Shown here: in pieces, positions 27,509-39,597 of the stretch | How positions within the stretch are numbered: position 1 is the first letter of the stretch | Layout of the letters: each line of letters starts with the position of its first letter | From: Polyangiales bacterium | GTDB taxonomy: Bacteria; Myxococcota_A; Polyangia; Polyangiales; Ga0077539 | Reading direction: 5' to 3' | Assembly: GCA_044229975.1 (NCBI GenBank) | Contig: JBGARZ010000010.1 | Location: forward strand, 318,009 to 382,008 | DNA length: 64,000 nucleotides | Program-made: the position numbers and the translations under genes | Notes under the pieces: model-generated | What the model was told of the DNA's origin: nothing | What the model saw: only the letters and a program-made list of their open reading frames with translations | Databases searched by the model: none

Positions 27509-29482
27509 ATGGGTGAAGGTGCTGGTACCGCGAGCAGGGCATCGCCTGGGGGACTCCTCACGAGCTTGCGCGCGCAGGGGCTCGCCGACGCTCCCTTCGA
27601 CGCCCACACCGCGACGCGGCGGCTGCATCCGCCCGACGATCCGGCGACGCTACCGCGCGACCCGACGCTGCCAGCGCAGTCGCTGCTGAGCCCGCTCCCG
27701 CGCATCTCGATGACCGTCGGGAAGGACTTCTCGTCGGACCTCCCGGGCATGGAGACCGACGCGCCCGACCTCAACATCGTCGGGGTGCTGGGCGAAGGAG
27801 GCATGGGGACGATCCACCTCGCGCGGCAGCGTTCGTTGCAGCGAGAGGTCGCCGTGAAGGTGATCCACCGCGAGGCCGGGGTCGCCACCGCATCGGCCGC
27901 GCTCATGGGCGAGGCGGTGCTGATGGGCTCGCTCGAACACCCCAACATCGTGCCCGTGCACGCGCTCGGTGCGGGCGACGACGGGTTACCGGTGCTCGTA
28001 ATGAAGCGGATCAGCGGGGTCGCCTGGTACGAGCTGGTGCGCGACGCGTCGCACCCGTACTGGGGTCGCCTCGGGACCTTCTCCGACGACCGCCTGGTCG
28101 CGCACCTGGAGATATTGATCCAGGTCTGCAACGGCGTTCATTTCGCGCACAGCCACGGGGTGCTGCACCGGGACATCAAGCCCGAAAACGTGATGATCGG
28201 TGAGTACGGCGAGGTCTACCTCGTCGACTGGGGCATCGCGCTGCGCCTCAACTCCGACGGCGTCGCGCACTCCGTGGGTGCGACGGTCGCGGGCACCCCG
28301 GGCTACCTCGCTCCCGAGATGATCGGCGAGGGCGACGACCCGATGGACACGCGCACGGACGTTTACCTGCTCGGCGCGACGCTCCACTGCGCGCTGACGA
28401 AGCTCCCGCGGCACAGCGGCTCGACGCTCTCGCAGGTGGTCGTGGCCGCGCTGCGATCTGATCCGTACGCGTACGGCGACGAGGTGCCCGCGGAGCTCGC
28501 GGCGATCTGCAACCGGGCGACGAGCGCGCGGCCCGCGGAGCGCTTCCCGACGGTGCTGGCCTTTCGTCAGGCGGTGTCCGACTACCTCCGGCACCGCGCC
28601 TCGGTGGCGTTGAGCGCGTCGGCCGCGGCCCGGCTCGCGGAGGTGCGCAGCTCGCCTCTCGATACCGCGACGACCGACGACCGGCGACGCCTGCACATGC
28701 TGCTCGCCGAGTGCCGCTTCGGCTTCGCGCAGGCGCTGCGCGAGTGGCCCGAGAGCCCCGGCGCACGAGCGGGTCTGGCCGAGTGCCTGGAGCGCATGTT
28801 TGAGGTCGAGGTGCAGGGCGAAAACGAGGACGCCGCGCGGGCACTGCTCGCGGAGATCGGTGCCCGCGACGACCTCGCCGAGAAGTTGCGCGCGCTCGGT
28901 GCCCGACTCGACCAGCGGCGCTCGGCCGAGGGGCGTCTGCGGAAGCTGGAGCACGACCGCGACCTGACCGTGGGCGCGGGCGAGCGGCGGGTGTTCTTCG
29001 CGGTGGTGCTGGCGTTTGGCCTGGTGCTGGTGGCCGTTCCGCATTTCCAGCCCGGCGGCCCGAAGCAGCTCGGGCACGACGACATCATCCTCTTCGACGG
29101 CGTGGTGCTGTCCGTGCTCACGGCGATGATCCTCATCGCGCGCCGGCGGCTCCTCCAGAACGCCATCGGCTACCAGGTGGTGGGCACCTTCGTCGCCATC
29201 GCCGTCGCGTCGCTGGTCAATCGCCTCTTCGGCGCGCGCTTCGGCACGCCCATCCCCGCGGTGCTGGTGAGCGACATGCTCCTCATCGCGGTGTCGTCGG
29301 CGGTGGGCGGGATGATGTTCCACCGCGGGATGCTCTGGTGGGTGGGCTTGAGCCTGCTGGGCGCCGCGCTGGCCGCCGTGTACCCCGACGCCGCGAGCGA
29401 CTTCCACGGCGGGCTCATGGTGCTGATCCTCGCGCTCGCGATGGGCCTGCGGAAGACCCGCGCGCCGACCGCTACTGGCTGA
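27509..29482 (+). CDS. Membrane-bound Ser/Thr protein kinase
   Basis: GEGGMG, VAVK, HRDIKPEN, DWG, GTPGYLAPE; about six C-terminal TM helices; start uncertain. Confidence 0.92.
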   Translation: MGEGAGTASRASPGGLLTSLRAQGLADAPFDAHTATRRLHPPDDPATLPRDPTLPAQSLLSPLPRISMTVGKDFSSDLPGMETDAPDLNIVGVLGEGGMGTIHLARQRSLQREVAVKVIHREAGVATASAALMGEAVLMGSLEHPNIVPVHALGAGDDGLPVLVMKRISGVAWYELVRDASHPYWGRLGTFSDDRLVAHLEILIQVCNGVHFAHSHGVLHRDIKPENVMIGEYGEVYLVDWGIALRLNSDGVAHSVGATVAGTPGYLAPEMIGEGDDPMDTRTDVYLLGATLHCALTKLPRHSGSTLSQVVVAALRSDPYAYGDEVPAELAAICNRATSARPAERFPTVLAFRQAVSDYLRHRASVALSASAAARLAEVRSSPLDTATTDDRRRLHMLLAECRFGFAQALREWPESPGARAGLAECLERMFEVEVQGENEDAARALLAEIGARDDLAEKLRALGARLDQRRSAEGRLRKLEHDRDLTVGAGERRVFFAVVLAFGLVLVAVPHFQPGGPKQLGHDDIILFDGVVLSVLTAMILIARRRLLQNAIGYQVVGTFVAIAVASLVNRLFGARFGTPIPAVLVSDMLLIAVSSAVGGMMFHRGMLWWVGLSLLGAALAAVYPDAASDFHGGLMVLILALAMGLRKTRAPTATG

Positions 29483-29563
29483 GGACAACCGCACGAAGAC
29501 GTCCGATGACGCATCGCGGCGCTGGCCCTCGGACCCCGGTCGCACCTATCATCCGCGCCCTCC

Positions 29564-30766
29564 ATGGCCACCAAACTCGCTGACCGCCTGTCCGTCGTCG
29601 TCCCCTCTGCGACCCTCGCCATCAACGCCCGCGCGCAAGAACTCCGTGCTCGCGGCGTCGACGTCATCTCCTTCGGCGCCGGCGAGCCCGACTTCGACAC
29701 GCCCACCAACATCCGCGCGGCAGGCATTGCGGCCATCGAGGCGGGCAAGACCCGCTACACCGCCGTGTCGGGCATCGCCGACCTGCGCGCCGCCATCGCC
29801 GAGCGCTCCACCAACGAGCGCGGCGTCCCCGCGACGGCCGCCAACGTGGTCGTCACGGTGGGCGCCAAGGGCGCGCTCTTCAACCTCGCGCTCAGCCTCT
29901 TCGAGCCCGGCGACGAGGTCATCATCCCGGCCCCGTACTGGGTCAGCTACCCCGAGCAGGTGCGCCTCGTCGGGGCGACGCCGGTGTTCATCCCGAGCAC
30001 CCTCGAAGCGGGGTGGAAGCTCGACCCCGCCGACCTCACGCGCGCCCTCACGCCGAAGACCAAGGCCGTCATTCTCTGTACCCCGAGCAACCCGACGGGC
30101 GCCGCGTACTCGCCCGCCGAGCTCGAAGCCATCGCCGCCGCCCTGCGCCCCCACGACTGCTGGATCGTCCTCGACGAGATCTACGGCTCCCTCGTGTACG
30201 ACGGCTTCGAGCAGCGCTCGCTCGTCACCGTGGCGCCCGACCTCGCGCCCCGCGTCGTCATCATCGACGGCGTCAGCAAGACCTTCGCGATGACCGGCTG
30301 GCGCGTCGGCTGGAGCATCGCTCCGGTCGCGCTGTCGAAGGCCATGGACATGGTGCAGTCGCAGGGCGCGACGAGCACCGCGACGCCCGCGCAGTGGGCC
30401 GCGCTCGAAGCGCTGCGCTCGCCTGCGTTGGAGTTCGAGCAGATGCGCTCGCTCTTCCAGCTCCGTCGCGATCGCCTCGTACACGGGCTGCGCGAGATTC
30501 CGGGCGTGCGGTGCGGGATGCCCGAGGGGGCGTTCTACGCGTTCTGTGACGTGAGCGGGTGGCTGGGTCGGCGGACCCCAGAGGGCGTGGTGCTCACCGA
30601 CGACAACGCCGTCGCCGCGTGGCTGCTCGACAAGGCCCACGTCGCGGTGGTTCCGGGCACGGCCTTCGGCGCGCCCGGCCACATGCGTTTGTCCTACGCC
30701 GTCTCGGTCGAGAACATCGACAAGGCCCTCGCGCGCATCCGCGACGCCGTGGCAGCGCTGGAATGA
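29564..30766 (+). CDS. aspC: PLP-dependent aspartate aminotransferase (class I)
   Basis: GAGEPDF, PYWVSYP, PSNPTG, DEIY, SKTFAMTGWRVG. Confidence 0.93.
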   Translation: MATKLADRLSVVVPSATLAINARAQELRARGVDVISFGAGEPDFDTPTNIRAAGIAAIEAGKTRYTAVSGIADLRAAIAERSTNERGVPATAANVVVTVGAKGALFNLALSLFEPGDEVIIPAPYWVSYPEQVRLVGATPVFIPSTLEAGWKLDPADLTRALTPKTKAVILCTPSNPTGAAYSPAELEAIAAALRPHDCWIVLDEIYGSLVYDGFEQRSLVTVAPDLAPRVVIIDGVSKTFAMTGWRVGWSIAPVALSKAMDMVQSQGATSTATPAQWAALEALRSPALEFEQMRSLFQLRRDRLVHGLREIPGVRCGMPEGAFYAFCDVSGWLGRRTPEGVVLTDDNAVAAWLLDKAHVAVVPGTAFGAPGHMRLSYAVSVENIDKALARIRDAVAALE

Positions 30767-31626
30767 CCCCGCGCCCGCTCGTCGCCGCGCTCGCCCTCTC
30801 GCTCGTCGCGTGCCGTCGCGCGCCCACGCCGCCCGCACCTCCAGCGCCCCCATCCGCGCCCGCGGTCCGCGCTCCGGGCGCTACGCCCGAAGCGCCCATC
30901 TACCGCGTCGACCCCTCCGTCCTCGACCACCCCGGCCTCCTCCAGGGCACCGTCCGCTGGAACGGTCCGCCCCCCGTCGTCGCCCCCACGCCCGTCGCCG
31001 CGAGCGGCAACCCCGACCACTGCGGCGCCACCCAGATCGACCCCACCCTGGTGGTCGGCGCCGACCGTGGTGTGGCCAACGCCGTCGTGTGGCTCGCCGA
31101 CATCGCGCGCGGCGGTGCGCCCGATCTCTCTCCGGTCTCCATCGATCAGCGCGACTGTCGCTACGACCCGCACGTCCTCGCGCTCCCCATCGGCGCCGAG
31201 CTGCGCTTCGGCAACAGCGACCATGGGCTGCTGCACAACGTTCACGCCTATTACGGGTATGACGACGACGACAACTGGTTCAACCAGGCGTCGCCGCATG
31301 GGATGTCCGTCGCGCGACGGGTGCTGCGCTCGGGCGTCGCGCGCATCATCTGCGACGCCGGCCACACCTGGATGCTGGCCTACGTCCACGCCTTCACGCA
31401 CCCGTACTTCGCCGTCACCGACCAAGCGGGGCACTACACCCTGAGGGCCGTTCCGCCGGGGCACTACACCCTGCGCTTCTGGCACGAGGGATGGACCCAC
31501 CGCGCCATGGAGGGGACGCGCCCCCGCTTCTCTCCGCCCGTCGAGACGTCGCGTGCCGTCGACGTCGCGGCAGGCGCGGCCGTCACCGCGGACTTCACCC
31601 TCGGCCCCAACGCTGAAGTGCGCTGA
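30763..31626 (+). CDS. Lipoprotein with cupredoxin-like and carboxypeptidase-regulatory-like domains
   Basis: Lipobox LVAC; HNVH and CDAGHTWM possible type 1 copper ligands; VPPGHYTL..WHE. Confidence 0.8.
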   Translation: MTPRPLVAALALSLVACRRAPTPPAPPAPPSAPAVRAPGATPEAPIYRVDPSVLDHPGLLQGTVRWNGPPPVVAPTPVAASGNPDHCGATQIDPTLVVGADRGVANAVVWLADIARGGAPDLSPVSIDQRDCRYDPHVLALPIGAELRFGNSDHGLLHNVHAYYGYDDDDNWFNQASPHGMSVARRVLRSGVARIICDAGHTWMLAYVHAFTHPYFAVTDQAGHYTLRAVPPGHYTLRFWHEGWTHRAMEGTRPRFSPPVETSRAVDVAAGAAVTADFTLGPNAEVR

Positions 31627-31632
31627 CGCGAC

Positions 31633-33801
31633 TCACATCGCGCTGGTGCGCGTGATGTCCGAGGCGCCGCTCGGGCCGTTGGGCGCGCCGTTGCCACCCA
31701 ATCCACCGGGGCCGCCGCCCGCGCGCATGCAGCTGATCGGCCCCACCGTCGCGGCCGTGCCCACCGAGTAGACGCACACCGCCGGGCCGCCCGCGCCGCC
31801 GCCGCCGCCGCCGCCGTTGCCGCCGTTGCCGCCCCGCGCGCCCGCCGCGCCGTTGCCCGCCGTGCGCGTTCGGAAGCCACCCGGACCGCCCGCGCCGCCC
31901 GGACCGCCCGTGCCGCCCGCGCCGCCTGAGCCGCCCGCGCCGCCGCGACCGGTGATCAACACGCTCTCGTCGATGCGCACCGTCGACGCGATGCTCAGCA
32001 CCGCGATGCTCGCGCCGCCCGAACCACCGCCGGTGCCGCCGGTGCCGCTGCACCCGCCGCCGCCGCCGCCGCCGCCCGCGCCGCTCCGCCCGTCGCTGCA
32101 ACCCGCGATGCAGATGCCGCCGGACTCGTCGCCGCCGCCGCTGCCGCCGCCGCCGCCGCCACCGCCACCGCCGCTGCCGTCCATGCCCGCGCCCGCCGTC
32201 GCAGGGACGTAGGTGCCGTCGTCGGTGCGGAACGTTCCGATCATCGCGGCGGGCATCCCGTGCGCTCCGACGGCGCCGGCCGTCCCCTCGCGCGCGTCAG
32301 GCGGCGCGTTGCGCCCTTCGGTCGACGAGCAGCACCCTCCGCCGCGCGCGCCCAGGCTCCCGCCCGTCCCGAATCCTCCGGTGGCGTTCTGCCCATCGCT
32401 GCCGCGGATGCCGTCGCGTCGACCGACCACCCCGGGACCACCGCCGCCGCCCGCGCCGCCGCACATCGACGCGCCCGGCGCGCCCGGCGTGGTGCCCGAC
32501 GCGCCGCCGCCCACACCGCCGGGCATCCCCTCGACGCCCGACGTCCCGGCGCTGCCGTTGCCGCCGTTGCCCACGGTGATCGCGCAGCGGTTGAGCCGCA
32601 CCTGACCCGACGAGCCGAGCACCCGCACCCCGAACGAACTATCCCCCGGGCGCATCGCCGCCGCGGAGCGGATGAGCACCATCTGGAGTTCCATGTTGGA
32701 GGTCACGCCGCGCACCACGAGGCCCGTGGACTCGGTGTCGAGCACCGTCGCGCTGTCCCGCGTCCGGGTCCAGCCGCGCGCGTCGTCGAAGCCGCCGTAC
32801 ACGCTCACCGCCGTGGTGATCACCACCGTCTCGGCGTACACCCCCACCGCCGCGTAGACCGACTTCGCCGGCGTCGCCGCCGCCGCTGCCGCCACGGCCG
32901 CGCCGAGCGTGCGCAGCGGTCGCGCCATGGTCCCGTCGCCCATGTCCGACCCGCGCGGCGACACGAACACCGCCCGCGCCGCGTCACCGTCCACCCCGTC
33001 GCAGTTGGTGTCCTCGAACATCACGTCGGGGAAGTCGAGCACCGTCGGGCTGCACTCACACCCCGTCGCCGGTGACCCGTCGACGTCGACGAAGCCCGCC
33101 TCGCAGGTGTACCCGCACGTCCCGCTCGAACACGTCGCCGTCTGGTGCGGCCCGCGCGCGCAGGGCATCCCGCACGTCCCGCAGTTGTTGGGGTCGCTGC
33201 TGAGGTCAGCCGGGCCGTGCGCGCACGTCGGCATCGTCCCGCTCGTGGCGCAGGTGTCGACGGTGCATGGGTCGACGTCGTCGCAGTCGAAGGGCCGCGC
33301 CCGCGCGCATCGCATCTGCGCCGTGTCGCAGGTCCACGTCCCGGTGCACGCGTCGCCCGTCAGCGCCGCGCACTCCGCGTCCATCGTGCACGGCACGATG
33401 TCGACGCATCCGCCCGCCCCCGAGCAGTACCGCCCCGCCCCGCAGCGCCCGTCGTCGGCCGTGTGCGTACAACGGCCTCCCTCCGCGTCGCAGGTGTCGT
33501 TGGTGCAGTCGACGCCGTCGTCACAGCCGGCCGCGCCGCCCACCACGACGCAGCGGTTGGCTCGGCACGCCTGCGCGTTGGTGCAGAGGTCGGGCCCCGT
33601 GCAGTCGTCGAGCGTGCGGCACACCCGCGCCTGCATGCCCGCGTCGGGGTCGGTGCTCGCGTCGGGGTCGGTGGCCGCGTCCTTCTTCTTGAAGATCCCG
33701 CCGTCGCCCGACCCGTTGGGGTCGATCACGTCCGATCCCGTCGCGCAGGCCGTCGCCAACACACAGAGGCCAAGCCACCAACGCGCCGTCCGGATCCGCA
33801 T
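31633..33801 (-). CDS. Cys-rich and Gly-rich (PGRS-like) surface lipoprotein
   Basis: Lipobox LATAC; CDDGVDCTND.C repeats; DTNCDGVDGD; VFVS..G.D...GT...P..T; long GGxGG tracts. Confidence 0.85.
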   Translation of the reverse strand: MRIRTARWWLGLCVLATACATGSDVIDPNGSGDGGIFKKKDAATDPDASTDPDAGMQARVCRTLDDCTGPDLCTNAQACRANRCVVVGGAAGCDDGVDCTNDTCDAEGGRCTHTADDGRCGAGRYCSGAGGCVDIVPCTMDAECAALTGDACTGTWTCDTAQMRCARARPFDCDDVDPCTVDTCATSGTMPTCAHGPADLSSDPNNCGTCGMPCARGPHQTATCSSGTCGYTCEAGFVDVDGSPATGCECSPTVLDFPDVMFEDTNCDGVDGDAARAVFVSPRGSDMGDGTMARPLRTLGAAVAAAAAATPAKSVYAAVGVYAETVVITTAVSVYGGFDDARGWTRTRDSATVLDTESTGLVVRGVTSNMELQMVLIRSAAAMRPGDSSFGVRVLGSSGQVRLNRCAITVGNGGNGSAGTSGVEGMPGGVGGGASGTTPGAPGASMCGGAGGGGGPGVVGRRDGIRGSDGQNATGGFGTGGSLGARGGGCCSSTEGRNAPPDAREGTAGAVGAHGMPAAMIGTFRTDDGTYVPATAGAGMDGSGGGGGGGGGGSGGGDESGGICIAGCSDGRSGAGGGGGGGGCSGTGGTGGGSGGASIAVLSIASTVRIDESVLITGRGGAGGSGGAGGTGGPGGAGGPGGFRTRTAGNGAAGARGGNGGNGGGGGGGAGGPAVCVYSVGTAATVGPISCMRAGGGPGGLGGNGAPNGPSGASDITRTSAM

Positions 33802-33861
33802 GGCGCGAGGGTGCCCTTGCGTCGCCGCGCAGATCAAGACCCGTGACACACCGTCCGCGCT

Positions 33862-35100
33862 TCAGGTCTGCGGTTCGGCCGCGCCGCGGACGGGCGCCTT
33901 CGGCGGGCGAACCCGCGACCCGTCGAGCACGAAGAGGTCGCGGGCGTCGTCGTAGAAGTCGCGCCGGGCCACCGTCGACTCGCGCCCGGTGCGGAAGCGC
34001 CGCTGCGCCGCCACCACCTGCCGCACCCGGTCGAAGAGCCGCCTTGGCATCGGCAGCAGCTCTTGCAGGTCTTGATAGAAGTCCGACGCGCCGAGGAGGG
34101 CGTCCTTGACGCCGGTCATCGCCTCCAGCGCCGGGTCGAGCGTCAGCGCCGAGAACAGCGTCGTGTCCGACGGGAGGTCACCCGCCTTGGTGCGCGCGTC
34201 GATGGCCGCCAGCCGCGTCCACAGACGCGACGAGGCGTCGGGGTGGTCGTCGATCCACGCGGACACCTCGGGCAGCACCGTGGCCAGCACGCCGGTCTCC
34301 CACGCGAGCCAGATCGAGCGCCGCGCCGCCGCGTGCCGCATCAGCCGCAGCACCTCTTCCAGCAACCGCGGTCGGGCCGCGCGCAGGAGGTCTTCCCGGT
34401 GGGCCACCATGGCGTCGTACACCTGCGGCTCGATGCCCAGGTCGAGGCGCGCCGCGAACTTGATCGCCCTCAAGATGCGCACCGGGTCTTCGCGAAACCG
34501 GACGTCCGCGTCGCCGATGGTGCGGATGACCCGGTGCTCGATGTCTGCGAGGCCGCCCACGTAGTCGACCACCTCACGGCGTTCGAGGTCGTAGAAGAGG
34601 GCGTTCATGGTGAAGTCGCGGCGGACGGCGTCTTCTTGCGGGTTGCCGAAGACGTTGTCGTGGCGGATGAGCAGGTCTTGATCTTCGGTGGGGCGGGCGC
34701 GTCGCGGGGCGTCGGCGCCGGACTCGTCGGCGGGCTCCCACTCGTCTTCGCCGCCTTCGGCGCCGTAGGGCGTCGGGTCTTTGCGGAAGGTCGCGACCTC
34801 GATGATCTTGCCGTGGGCGCAGAGGATGTGCGCCAGCAGGAAGCGTCGGCCGATGATGCGGCAGTTGCGGAAGAGGGCGCGCACCTGCTTGGGGCTCGCC
34901 GAGGTGGCGACGTCGAAGTCCTTGGGGGACTTGTCGAGCAGCAGGTCGCGGACGCAGCCCCCCACCAGGTAGGCCTTGTAGCCGGCCTGGGTCAGCCGGC
35001 GGACCACCTTGGCGGCGTCGGCGTCCATGCGCTGGGGCGCAACGGGGAAGTGGAGGGTGCGGGGTTCGTCGAGGAGGCGGTCGGAGGTGCGCGGGTTCAT
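33862..35100 (-). CDS. pcnB: Poly(A) polymerase I
   Basis: LVGGCVRD..L...PKDFD, PAP-specific IIGRRF..AH, RRDFTMNAL, EDPVRILR. Confidence 0.92.
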   Translation of the reverse strand: MNPRTSDRLLDEPRTLHFPVAPQRMDADAAKVVRRLTQAGYKAYLVGGCVRDLLLDKSPKDFDVATSASPKQVRALFRNCRIIGRRFLLAHILCAHGKIIEVATFRKDPTPYGAEGGEDEWEPADESGADAPRRARPTEDQDLLIRHDNVFGNPQEDAVRRDFTMNALFYDLERREVVDYVGGLADIEHRVIRTIGDADVRFREDPVRILRAIKFAARLDLGIEPQVYDAMVAHREDLLRAARPRLLEEVLRLMRHAAARRSIWLAWETGVLATVLPEVSAWIDDHPDASSRLWTRLAAIDARTKAGDLPSDTTLFSALTLDPALEAMTGVKDALLGASDFYQDLQELLPMPRRLFDRVRQVVAAQRRFRTGRESTVARRDFYDDARDLFVLDGSRVRPPKAPVRGAAEPQT

Positions 35101-35163
35101 CGAAGGGGCTTGTTGGGGGGGCGGCGGAAGCTACCACACCCGACGGGGCCGATGACTACCCGG

Positions 35164-35679
35164 TCAAGAAACCTCCCCGATGGGGGCCCGCTGCTCGGCC
35201 AATTCTGCCTGGGCCATGACCAATTCCTCCTCGGAGGCCGGGTGAACGTCGAGCACCCGCACCTGGTAGTTGAGGGTCAACCCGGCCAGGGGGTGGTTGG
35301 CGTCGACCTTCACGTGGTCGTCGTGAACCTCCAGGATCTGCATGGTGAGGGAGCTCCCGTCCTCGCCCTCGGCGGTGTACTCGCCGCCCACCTCGACGGC
35401 GTCGGGGTCGGGAAACTCGGTGCGGTCGACGTCGAACACGTCGGCTTCGTCGCGGGTCCCGTAGCCGTCCTCGGGCTCGACGGTGAGGTTGACGACGTCC
35501 CCGGCGTGGGAGCCTTCGAGGCCACGCTCCAGGCCGGGCAGCACCATGGACAGCCCGTAGATGAACCTCACCGGCCCGTCGCCGTCCTCGGCCGCGGTGT
35601 CTTCGAGGAGGTTTCCGCGCCCGTCCCGGAGCTTGTAGTGAACCGCCACCTGCATGTTGGGACCGACTTCGTACGCCAT
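35164..35679 (-). CDS. slyD: FKBP-type peptidyl-prolyl isomerase SlyD (no His-rich tail)
   Basis: LPGLERGL.G, PEDGYG, VDANHPLAGLTL, ASEEEL. Confidence 0.92.
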   Translation of the reverse strand: MAYEVGPNMQVAVHYKLRDGRGNLLEDTAAEDGDGPVRFIYGLSMVLPGLERGLEGSHAGDVVNLTVEPEDGYGTRDEADVFDVDRTEFPDPDAVEVGGEYTAEGEDGSSLTMQILEVHDDHVKVDANHPLAGLTLNYQVRVLDVHPASEEELVMAQAELAEQRAPIGEVS

Positions 35680-35735
35680 CGCCGGTCGAGCCTAGTGCGG
35701 GGGGCGGCCGGACGTCGAACTTCCGGCCGAAGCCA

Positions 35736-37382
<1,647 letters not shown>

Positions 37383-37427
37383 CGGCGTAGCACGATCGCG
37401 GCGCCGACCGTGATACACCGATGAACG

Positions 37428-38960
37428 ATGGACATCCCGCTGTACCTCATGACCGTGGGCGGGGCGCTCGGCCTCGTCACCCTCCTCGGGCTGCGCGACC
37501 GCCGCCAGCGCACGCACGCCATCGTCAGCAACTTCCCCATCGTCGGGCGCTTCCGGTACTTCGCCGAAGAGCTGGGCGGCCCGCTGCGGCAGTACATCGT
37601 CACCGGCAACGACGAGGAGCGGCCCTTCTCCCGCGACCAGCGCCGCTGGATCTACGCGTCATCCAAGAAGGAGAACAACTACTTCGGCTTCGGCACGGAC
37701 AACGACCTCGAACAGACGCCCGGGTACATCATCATCCGGCACAGCGCGTTTCCCGTGGCAGGCGGATACGACCACGACTACTCGTGCCCCGCGGCCAAGG
37801 TGCTCGGCGGTTACCGCGGTCGCAAGCACGCCTTCCGCCCGACCTCCATCGTCAACACGTCGGCCATGAGCTACGGCTCGCTCAGCCGCAAGGCGGTGGA
37901 GTCCATCAACCGCGGCGTGGCCCTCGCGGGCGCCTGGCAGAACACCGGCGAAGGCGGCATCAGCGACCACCACCGCCACGGCGGCGACCTGATGTGGCAG
38001 ATCGGGACGGGCTACTTCGGCTGCCGCGATGCGAAGGGGGCGTTCTCCATGGAGCGCTTCATGGAGAGCGTCGCGTCGGCGAAGGTGCGGGCCATCGAGA
38101 TCAAGCTGTCGCAAGGCGCGAAGCCCGGCCTCGGTGGTGTGTTGCCGAAGGAGAAGGTGACGCCGGAGATCGCGAAGATTCGATTGATCCCGCTGGGGCA
38201 GGACTGCATCTCGCCGTCGGCGCACTCGGCCTTCTCGGACGTGGACTCGATGCTCGACTTCATCGAGCGCCTCGCCGATGCCACGGGGCTGCCGGTGGGC
38301 ATCAAGAGCGCGGTGGGTGATCTGGGGTTCTGGCGCGAGCTCGCGCAGAAGATGGACACCACGAAGCGGGCGCCGGACTTCATCACCATCGACGGCGGCG
38401 AAGGCGGGACGGGCGCGGCGCCATTGGCCTTCAGCGACCACGTGTCGATGCCCTTCAAGCTGGGGTTTGCGTCGGTCTACAAGGCCTTCGCCGAGCGCGG
38501 GATGAACGAGAAGGTGGTGTTCATCGGGTCGGGGAAGCTGGGCTTTCCGGAGCAGGGGATGCTGGCGCTGGCGATGGGGTGCGACCTCATCAACGTGGCG
38601 CGCGAGGCGATGCTCTCCATCGGGTGCATCCAGGCGCAGCAGTGTCACACCGGCAACTGCCCGACGGGCGTCGCGACGCAGAGCGAGTGGCTGATGGGCG
38701 GACTCGATCCGACGCTGAAGTCCGCGCGGCTGGCCAACTACCTGATGACGCTGCGCAAGGAGCTGCTGGCCTTGGCGCACGCGTGCGGCGAGTGGCACCC
38801 GGCGTCGGTGGCGCTCGACCGCTTCGAGCTGGTGGACGGGTTCACGTCGGTGAGCGCGCGGGAGACCTTCGGCTACGAAGCGGGCTGGGGGCTGCCGACA
38901 GAGGAAGAGCGCGCCGAGTCGCGGGCGCTGATGATGAAGCTGGCGGGCGCGTCGTCGTAG
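37428..38960 (+). CDS. FMN-binding glutamate synthase family protein (stand-alone)
   Basis: SAMSYGSLS, NTGEGG, EIKLSQGAKPG.GG, DGGEGGTGAAP, CIQAQQCHTGNCPTG Fe-S motif. Confidence 0.92.
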   Translation: MDIPLYLMTVGGALGLVTLLGLRDRRQRTHAIVSNFPIVGRFRYFAEELGGPLRQYIVTGNDEERPFSRDQRRWIYASSKKENNYFGFGTDNDLEQTPGYIIIRHSAFPVAGGYDHDYSCPAAKVLGGYRGRKHAFRPTSIVNTSAMSYGSLSRKAVESINRGVALAGAWQNTGEGGISDHHRHGGDLMWQIGTGYFGCRDAKGAFSMERFMESVASAKVRAIEIKLSQGAKPGLGGVLPKEKVTPEIAKIRLIPLGQDCISPSAHSAFSDVDSMLDFIERLADATGLPVGIKSAVGDLGFWRELAQKMDTTKRAPDFITIDGGEGGTGAAPLAFSDHVSMPFKLGFASVYKAFAERGMNEKVVFIGSGKLGFPEQGMLALAMGCDLINVAREAMLSIGCIQAQQCHTGNCPTGVATQSEWLMGGLDPTLKSARLANYLMTLRKELLALAHACGEWHPASVALDRFELVDGFTSVSARETFGYEAGWGLPTEEERAESRALMMKLAGASS

Positions 38961-38984
38961 GGGGCGGGTTGCGCATCTCGTCGG

Positions 38985-39545
38985 TCAGAGGTGGAAGAAG
39001 TGGATGCTCGTGGCGCCGAGGGTGATCGCGAGGCCGCCGACGATCGAGGCGGAGTTCTCGTCGGCGGGTGAGGCGGCGACGCCGAGCGTGGCCTCGATGC
39101 CGAGGGTGAGCAGCGCTTCGTTGGCGTGGCGGTCGCGCAGCCGAAACACCGGGCCTCCACGGACGACCGCGAGGATCTCGCCCACCGGCACACCGGGGTT
39201 GCGCCAGCGGTAGCCCGCGTCGAGGCCGAGGCGATAACCCCAGCGACGAGACGCGTTCTCGGAGAGGCTGAACCACTCCAGGCCACCCGCGGCGGACACG
39301 GCGTAGCCGCCCTGTCGCGCGTCGCCGCCGACGCCGAGGGTGAGCGTCTCGACGATGGCAGAGTTGTGCCCGTCGCGGGAGGTCGATCCGAAGCCGCCGA
39401 CGCCCGTGACGGTGGCCTGCGTGACGACCGGACCGCCCGTGTAGACGAGGGTCTCGGCGCCGCCGCGAACACCATAGACGCAGCCGCCGAAGAGCCACGC
39501 GCCGAGCGCACAGATGACCCATCGGGTTGGCGAGGTGAGGGTCAT
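38985..39545 (-). CDS. Hypothetical exported beta-strand protein
   Basis: Lipobox-like FGGC, amphipathic beta strands; fills the gap between genes. Confidence 0.55.
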   Translation of the reverse strand: MTLTSPTRWVICALGAWLFGGCVYGVRGGAETLVYTGGPVVTQATVTGVGGFGSTSRDGHNSAIVETLTLGVGGDARQGGYAVSAAGGLEWFSLSENASRRWGYRLGLDAGYRWRNPGVPVGEILAVVRGGPVFRLRDRHANEALLTLGIEATLGVAASPADENSASIVGGLAITLGATSIHFFHL

Positions 39546-39597
39546 GCGCGTTGGAGGGGATGGTACGTCAGCGCGGCGGGCGGGTACGATCGCGCCG

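Noticed and set aside
31633..32600. Pro-rich plus-strand ORFs and GCC-type microsatellites
   Set aside because: Reverse complement of the Gly-rich coding tract of the minus-strand lipoprotein; no PE domain, so not a true PE-PGRS
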